In this document: positions 15,268 through 18,292 of the stretch, piece by piece
How positions within the stretch are numbered: the first letter of the stretch is position 1
Layout of the letters: each line of letters opens with the position of its first letter
Sequence record: MZ152915.1
DNA length: 18,292 nucleotides
Reading direction: 5' to 3' (one strand)
From: Staphylococcus phage SeAlphi
Made by a program: the position numbers and the translations under genes
The notes under the pieces: model-generated
What the model was told of the DNA's origin: nothing
The model's database searches: none
Seen by the model: the letters and a program-made list of their open reading frames with translations, nothing else

Positions 15268-16497
15268 TCAATCAAAATTTTTATGATATGTTTCTGCAAT
15301 GCGATAATACATCATTTCATGACCCCATTTTGTTGGGTGTAAACCGTCTTTCATAGACGATTGTCTAAATTTTTCATCATAAGGATTGATTAATGAATCT
15401 TCATAAGCGTTATATAAGGCTAATCCTAAATCTTTAGTTGCTTTCACTTGTGAATCAACATAAGTTTTTAATGTATAACCTTTTTTATTCTTATCTGTAT
15501 CACGTCTTATAACTTTTCCTGTATCATCAATTTTAGCTTGTTTCGTTGGTGTAATTACAACGATTTTAGCTTTTGAGTTATTTTCTTTAACCGTATCTAC
15601 AACCTTATAAAATGCACCGATATATGTTTTTGTATCAGTAAGTTTATTACCTACTTCAACACCTGCATTTGAATTAAACAACCAATCATCATCAGTACCC
15701 TGTATAATCACGAGTTCATTATCTTTGAGTTGTTTAGCTTGATTTAATATATTATTGTCTTTAACTTCACTCATTGTAGCACTGCTTACTGATAAGTTTT
15801 GAATTTTTGCACCTGTTTTTTCTTTGATGTAATCACCAAAGTTATATGAAGCATGCGCGCCTTTACCCACACTGTCACCAATGATTCCAACAGATTTAAC
15901 ATATTGTATTGATGAAACGGGTGTATAATCTTTCATTACTGTACCATTTAATGTTTTAATGGTTCTCACTTTTGGTGTATGTTCTTCTGGTGGTAGGGGT
16001 TTTGTATCAGGTTTCTTATTTGGTGGTGTCACGTCTTGTTCTGTTTTATGTGGGTATGTTCCACTCGCTTTATTATGTGGGTAAATATGCTTATTCTGAT
16101 TAGCTTCATATTCAAATTGATGATACATATATTCATCAATGAGTTGTCCGTCTTTATAAATCAATATATGTGAATCATCATCATTAATTAACCAAATATC
16201 TGATGTTGTATTTAAAAATAATAAATCCTTAATAGCAATATTTTGATGTTCACGATAATTTCCGTACATATCTTTCTCTAGGAAATAGTCAATCGGTGTA
16301 TTTAATGTGATTTCAATTTCTTCTATAACATTAAATAAATCATTTTTGTTTATAATATAGGTTTCTACTACTGCACTATGGTCAAATATTACATATGAAC
16401 CATTATTTGAGTGAAACTTTTCAGATGTTACACCATTACGCCACGCCCAATCAACCAATTCATTTAAATGTAATTTCATTTGATGTTTAATTATCAA
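15268..16497 (-). CDS. Two-domain protein: unknown N-terminal domain, Pro/Lys-rich linker, C-terminal SGNH/GDSL-family hydrolase (esterase/acylhydrolase)
   Basis: The C-terminal domain has SGNH block I (GIIGDSVGKG, nucleophile Ser in GDS), a central QGTDDDW block and block V (DGLHPT, the catalytic Asp-x-x-His). The linker is PPNKKPDTKPLPPEEHTPK. The probable start is the in-frame TTG at 16497, 8 nt after GTGAGGG, whereas the ORF track extends to the GTG at 16512. Confidence 0.6.
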   Translation of the reverse strand: MIIKHQMKLHLNELVDWAWRNGVTSEKFHSNNGSYVIFDHSAVVETYIINKNDLFNVIEEIEITLNTPIDYFLEKDMYGNYREHQNIAIKDLLFLNTTSDIWLINDDDSHILIYKDGQLIDEYMYHQFEYEANQNKHIYPHNKASGTYPHKTEQDVTPPNKKPDTKPLPPEEHTPKVRTIKTLNGTVMKDYTPVSSIQYVKSVGIIGDSVGKGAHASYNFGDYIKEKTGAKIQNLSVSSATMSEVKDNNILNQAKQLKDNELVIIQGTDDDWLFNSNAGVEVGNKLTDTKTYIGAFYKVVDTVKENNSKAKIVVITPTKQAKIDDTGKVIRRDTDKNKKGYTLKTYVDSQVKATKDLGLALYNAYEDSLINPYDEKFRQSSMKDGLHPTKWGHEMMYYRIAETYHKNFD

Positions 16498-16732
16498 AAT
16501 ATTTTCCCTCACTTTCTAAATCATTAAGAATATGCGTAATTTCAAATAAAGCATTTTCTAATTTATCTCTTTGTTCTTTTGTTAAATCGTAATCATTGAG
16601 AGCGTTAACAATATTATAATATGCTTTAATCAAATTCATGTAATCACTCCTTTTATAATTAACGATTGAAACAAGTATTAAAGCAATTATACCATATAAA
16701 CATAATCCTATTGTAACGATTGTACCAAACAT
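16487..16732 (-). CDS. Small membrane-anchored early protein (N-terminal TM helix + helical cytosolic domain), phi29 p16.7/p1-like role possible
   Basis: 81 aa. The N-terminal FGTIVTIGLCLYGIIALILVSIV is a clear single TM segment, followed by a K/R flank and a predicted helical acidic domain. It is translationally coupled to the downstream SGNH gene. Confidence 0.5.
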   Translation of the reverse strand: MFGTIVTIGLCLYGIIALILVSIVNYKRSDYMNLIKAYYNIVNALNDYDLTKEQRDKLENALFEITHILNDLESEGKYFDN

Positions 16733-16735
16733 AAA

Positions 16736-16945
16736 CTAAACCCCTTTATAAGAATTAACATCAATCACAATATTAATAGTACCGTCTTTATCAGTAATTG
16801 TTATATACTCACATTTAATATCATCAAGAAATTTTAGTGTACGACTTAAATATTTTTTACTTCTTTGACAAAGCACAACAAATCCTTTATTCATAGCATA
16901 GGCTTTTTCTAATACATCAATAATACTTTTTTCAAACGATAACAT
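16736..16945 (-). CDS. Hypothetical early protein (69 aa from internal Met)
   Basis: The ORF track starts at 16975, but that ATG lies inside a terminator hairpin. The second ATG at 16945 has a GGAGTGA RBS 6 nt upstream and is the more plausible start. Confidence 0.4.
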   Translation of the reverse strand: MLSFEKSIIDVLEKAYAMNKGFVVLCQRSKKYLSRTLKFLDDIKCEYITITDKDGTINIVIDVNSYKGV

Positions 16946-16957
16946 TTTTATCACTCC

Positions 16958-16990
16958 ATAATAAAAAGGAGGCATTGCCCCCTTTATTCA
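16958..16990 (-). terminator. Rho-independent terminator / attenuator inside the early operon (also hairpin-capable on the plus strand)
   Basis: Minus-strand GGGGGC-AAU-GCCUCC (6 bp, one G-U pair) followed by UUUUUAUUAU. On the plus strand it is GGAGGC-ATT-GCCCCC followed by TTTATT. Confidence 0.55.
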
Positions 16991-17044
16991 GTTTTTATTA
17001 AAATGGTAAATCTTCATCACTAATATCAATTGGTTTAGTAGAAC

Positions 17045-17126
17045 GAGCGAACGGGTTACGTCGCTCATATACTACTTTTTTTCAGATTCAGGTTCAGGCT
17101 CACTATATAACGGGTTACGTTGCTCA
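17045..17126. repeat. Direct repeat of an 18-nt motif AACGGGTTACGT(C/T)GCTCA (copies 17050..17067 and 17109..17126). The first copy is embedded in a GAGCGA/TCGCTC hairpin.
   Basis: 17 of 18 identical, 59 nt apart. One copy encodes the C-terminal EQRNPLY of the 144-aa protein. The other lies just past its stop, inside a 6-bp-stem, 10-nt-loop hairpin (17045..17066). Confidence 0.8.
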
Positions 17127-17506
17127 GGTTCAACCTCTTGTTTTGCTTTTTCACTTGGTACTAAATTAATACTATGTGATACACGATTATATTTCTTAGA
17201 TTCAAATTCATAAATTTCAAAATCAAATAAACGTTGATTGATTGCGTCAACCATTTCACTATCTTGTCTCATTTCTTCAATCATTTCTGTTAAGTGATTA
17301 GGTAGATTTACAATATAATCACCACTAATAATAACACCTTGATCACCAAATTTACCTTTCGTATTGATGAATAACGCTTCAATAGGGTATGTTTTTGACA
17401 TATCCAATTCACCTAATTTAATGTATTCTCTTTCTTTTTCATTGTCATACTCGAATTTTGCGCCACCGTTTGAATATTTGTTTAATAAATCTTTTACATT
17501 TGCCAT
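17072..17506 (-). CDS. Hypothetical early protein with acidic Pro/Glu-rich C-terminal tail, possible ssDNA-binding protein
   Basis: 144 aa with a GGAG RBS. The C-terminus EVEPEQRNPLYSEPEPESEKK resembles the disordered acidic tails of SSBs. Its position in the early operon matches phi29 p5 and p6. No OB-fold motif can be confirmed by eye. Confidence 0.35.
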   Translation of the reverse strand: MANVKDLLNKYSNGGAKFEYDNEKEREYIKLGELDMSKTYPIEALFINTKGKFGDQGVIISGDYIVNLPNHLTEMIEEMRQDSEMVDAINQRLFDFEIYEFESKKYNRVSHSINLVPSEKAKQEVEPEQRNPLYSEPEPESEKK

Positions 17507-17521
17507 TTTTTATTAACTCCT

Positions 17522-17737
17522 TTAAATTTCAATTTTTAATAATTCATCATAACTTACTGTAATGATTTTTGACGTACGTTTGCTATCTAGTAATGTATGT
17601 CCTTCTGGAATATGTTGTAATATTTCACGTTTAGTTATTCTGTAATCTTGTTTTGGAATAAAAAAGTCATATTCTTCATGTCTATCATTTTTTGCATAGA
17701 CTGTAAAACCTTTGATTTCAACATCAATGTAGTTCAT
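17522..17737 (-). CDS. Hypothetical early protein (71 aa)
   Basis: ORF with a GAGGTGA RBS 4 to 5 nt upstream of the ATG. Second gene to enter from the right end. No motif. Confidence 0.45.
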   Translation of the reverse strand: MNYIDVEIKGFTVYAKNDRHEEYDFFIPKQDYRITKREILQHIPEGHTLLDSKRTSKIITVSYDELLKIEI

Positions 17738-17784
17738 ATGTTCACCTCACATTAATTTATTAGAATATAGTATTAAATGTTATT

Positions 17785-18057
17785 TTAAAAAATATGAACG
17801 TTGTAATTATTATAAAAACCTTTGTAAAATTGCCATTGTGATAATCCGTCATCACCTGCTAAATATCTTAGTAGTGATTTATCTTCATTTTCATCATTAA
17901 TAAATTTAATGACTGGGTCATTGTAATTAATTAATAATTGTTGACATGCAACTAATAAATTACTTGCATTTTCTGATGTATAAAAATCATTCCATTGTTG
18001 AAGTAAATTAAATAGTTGCAACATTTCCGTATATGCTTGTCCTTTTTCAGGTGTCAC
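17785..18057 (-). CDS. Hypothetical early protein (90 aa, GTG start), first gene of the right-end early operon
   Basis: The GTG start is preceded by GGAGGTGA plus an A7 run. It lies immediately downstream of the strong early promoter. Acidic, no known motif. Confidence 0.45.
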   Translation of the reverse strand: MTPEKGQAYTEMLQLFNLLQQWNDFYTSENASNLLVACQQLLINYNDPVIKFINDENEDKSLLRYLAGDDGLSQWQFYKGFYNNYNVHIF

Positions 18058-18088
18058 TTTTTTTCACCTCCATTTCTAACTTGATTAC

Positions 18089-18117
18089 ATTATATAATAA
18101 GCGTGAATTTTTTGCAA
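18089..18117 (-). promoter_or_regulatory. Strong sigma-A early promoter TTGCAA-N17-TATAAT (minus strand), just inboard of the right ITR and its conserved block
   Basis: Minus-strand reading is TTGCAAaaaattcacgcttattaTATAATg. The -35 is at 18112..18117 and the -10 at 18089..18094, with exactly 17 nt between them. It sits 30 nt upstream of the first early gene. Confidence 0.65.
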
Positions 18118-18129
18118 TAGTTTTGACGA

Positions 18130-18161
18130 TATTTTTTTGAAAAAAATTTACATTACATATT
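18130..18161. repeat. Sub-terminal conserved block, right copy (inverted copy of 144..174)
   Basis: The reverse complement reads ATATGTAATGTAAATTTTTTTcAAAAAAAT. It lies 17 nt inboard of the right ITR. Confidence 0.7.
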
Positions 18162-18292
18162 TAATAGAAATAATGATCGTTTATTATTCATAATCCATAG
18201 TAAAATTTAAATGTATTTTTTAATTAACCTTTCACTCAAAATTTTTGTCGCTACGCGATCTAATTCACTCGCTAATATCGTATGCCGTCTTA

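Noticed and set aside
17072-17152. 26-codon ORF beginning right after the 144-aa gene stop on the minus strand (MSDVTRSLVLLNQLILVMKIYHFNKN)
   Set aside because: It has no RBS, overlaps the repeat and hairpin region and is hydrophobic low-complexity. It is better explained as a non-coding regulatory leader.
1-18292. Searched for tRNA, rRNA, CRISPR repeats, an integrase or recombinase, transposase, and toxin-antitoxin or defence-system genes
   Set aside because: No cloverleaf-like GC-rich segments, repeat-spacer arrays or recognisable integrase, transposase or nuclease motifs were found. The coding content is fully accounted for by a strictly lytic phi29-like gene set.

Overview
The window reads as a complete, or near-complete, linear genome of about 18.2 kb from a small phi29-like podophage (Picovirinae type) of a low-GC Gram-positive host. 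The host is probably Staphylococcus, given the roughly 30% GC content and the Amidase_2+SH3b and CHAP peptidoglycan hydrolases. An 88-bp perfect inverted terminal repeat (39..126 and 18179..18266) bounds the genome, and a second conserved 31-bp block lies 17 nt further inward at both ends. The plus strand (184..10974) carries a tightly packed late operon: an acidic scaffold-like protein, the capsid protein, portal, lower collar, a beta-helix tail fibre, an endolysin (Amidase_2 + SH3b), a coiled-coil fibre, a tail-knob-like protein, a holin, and a tail-tip lysin with a CHAP domain. The minus strand (18057..11087) carries the early and replication operon, transcribed from a near-consensus sigma-A promoter just inside the right ITR. 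It includes small early proteins, a membrane protein, a two-domain SGNH/GDSL hydrolase, a basic 167-aa protein, the packaging ATPase and a protein-primed family-B DNA polymerase with all canonical motifs. The two operons converge on a bidirectional terminator at about 11070..11107. No tRNA, rRNA, CRISPR array, integrase or transposase is visible. Second-look items are: the composite terminal repeat, with non-palindromic junk-like tails outside it (the right end looks like an Illumina adapter remnant); a candidate small RNA in the convergent intergenic gap; an SGNH hydrolase in the early operon; the absence of any annotatable terminal protein; a duplicated 18-nt motif with a hairpin 3' of a putative SSB gene; and promoters embedded in terminator hairpins.
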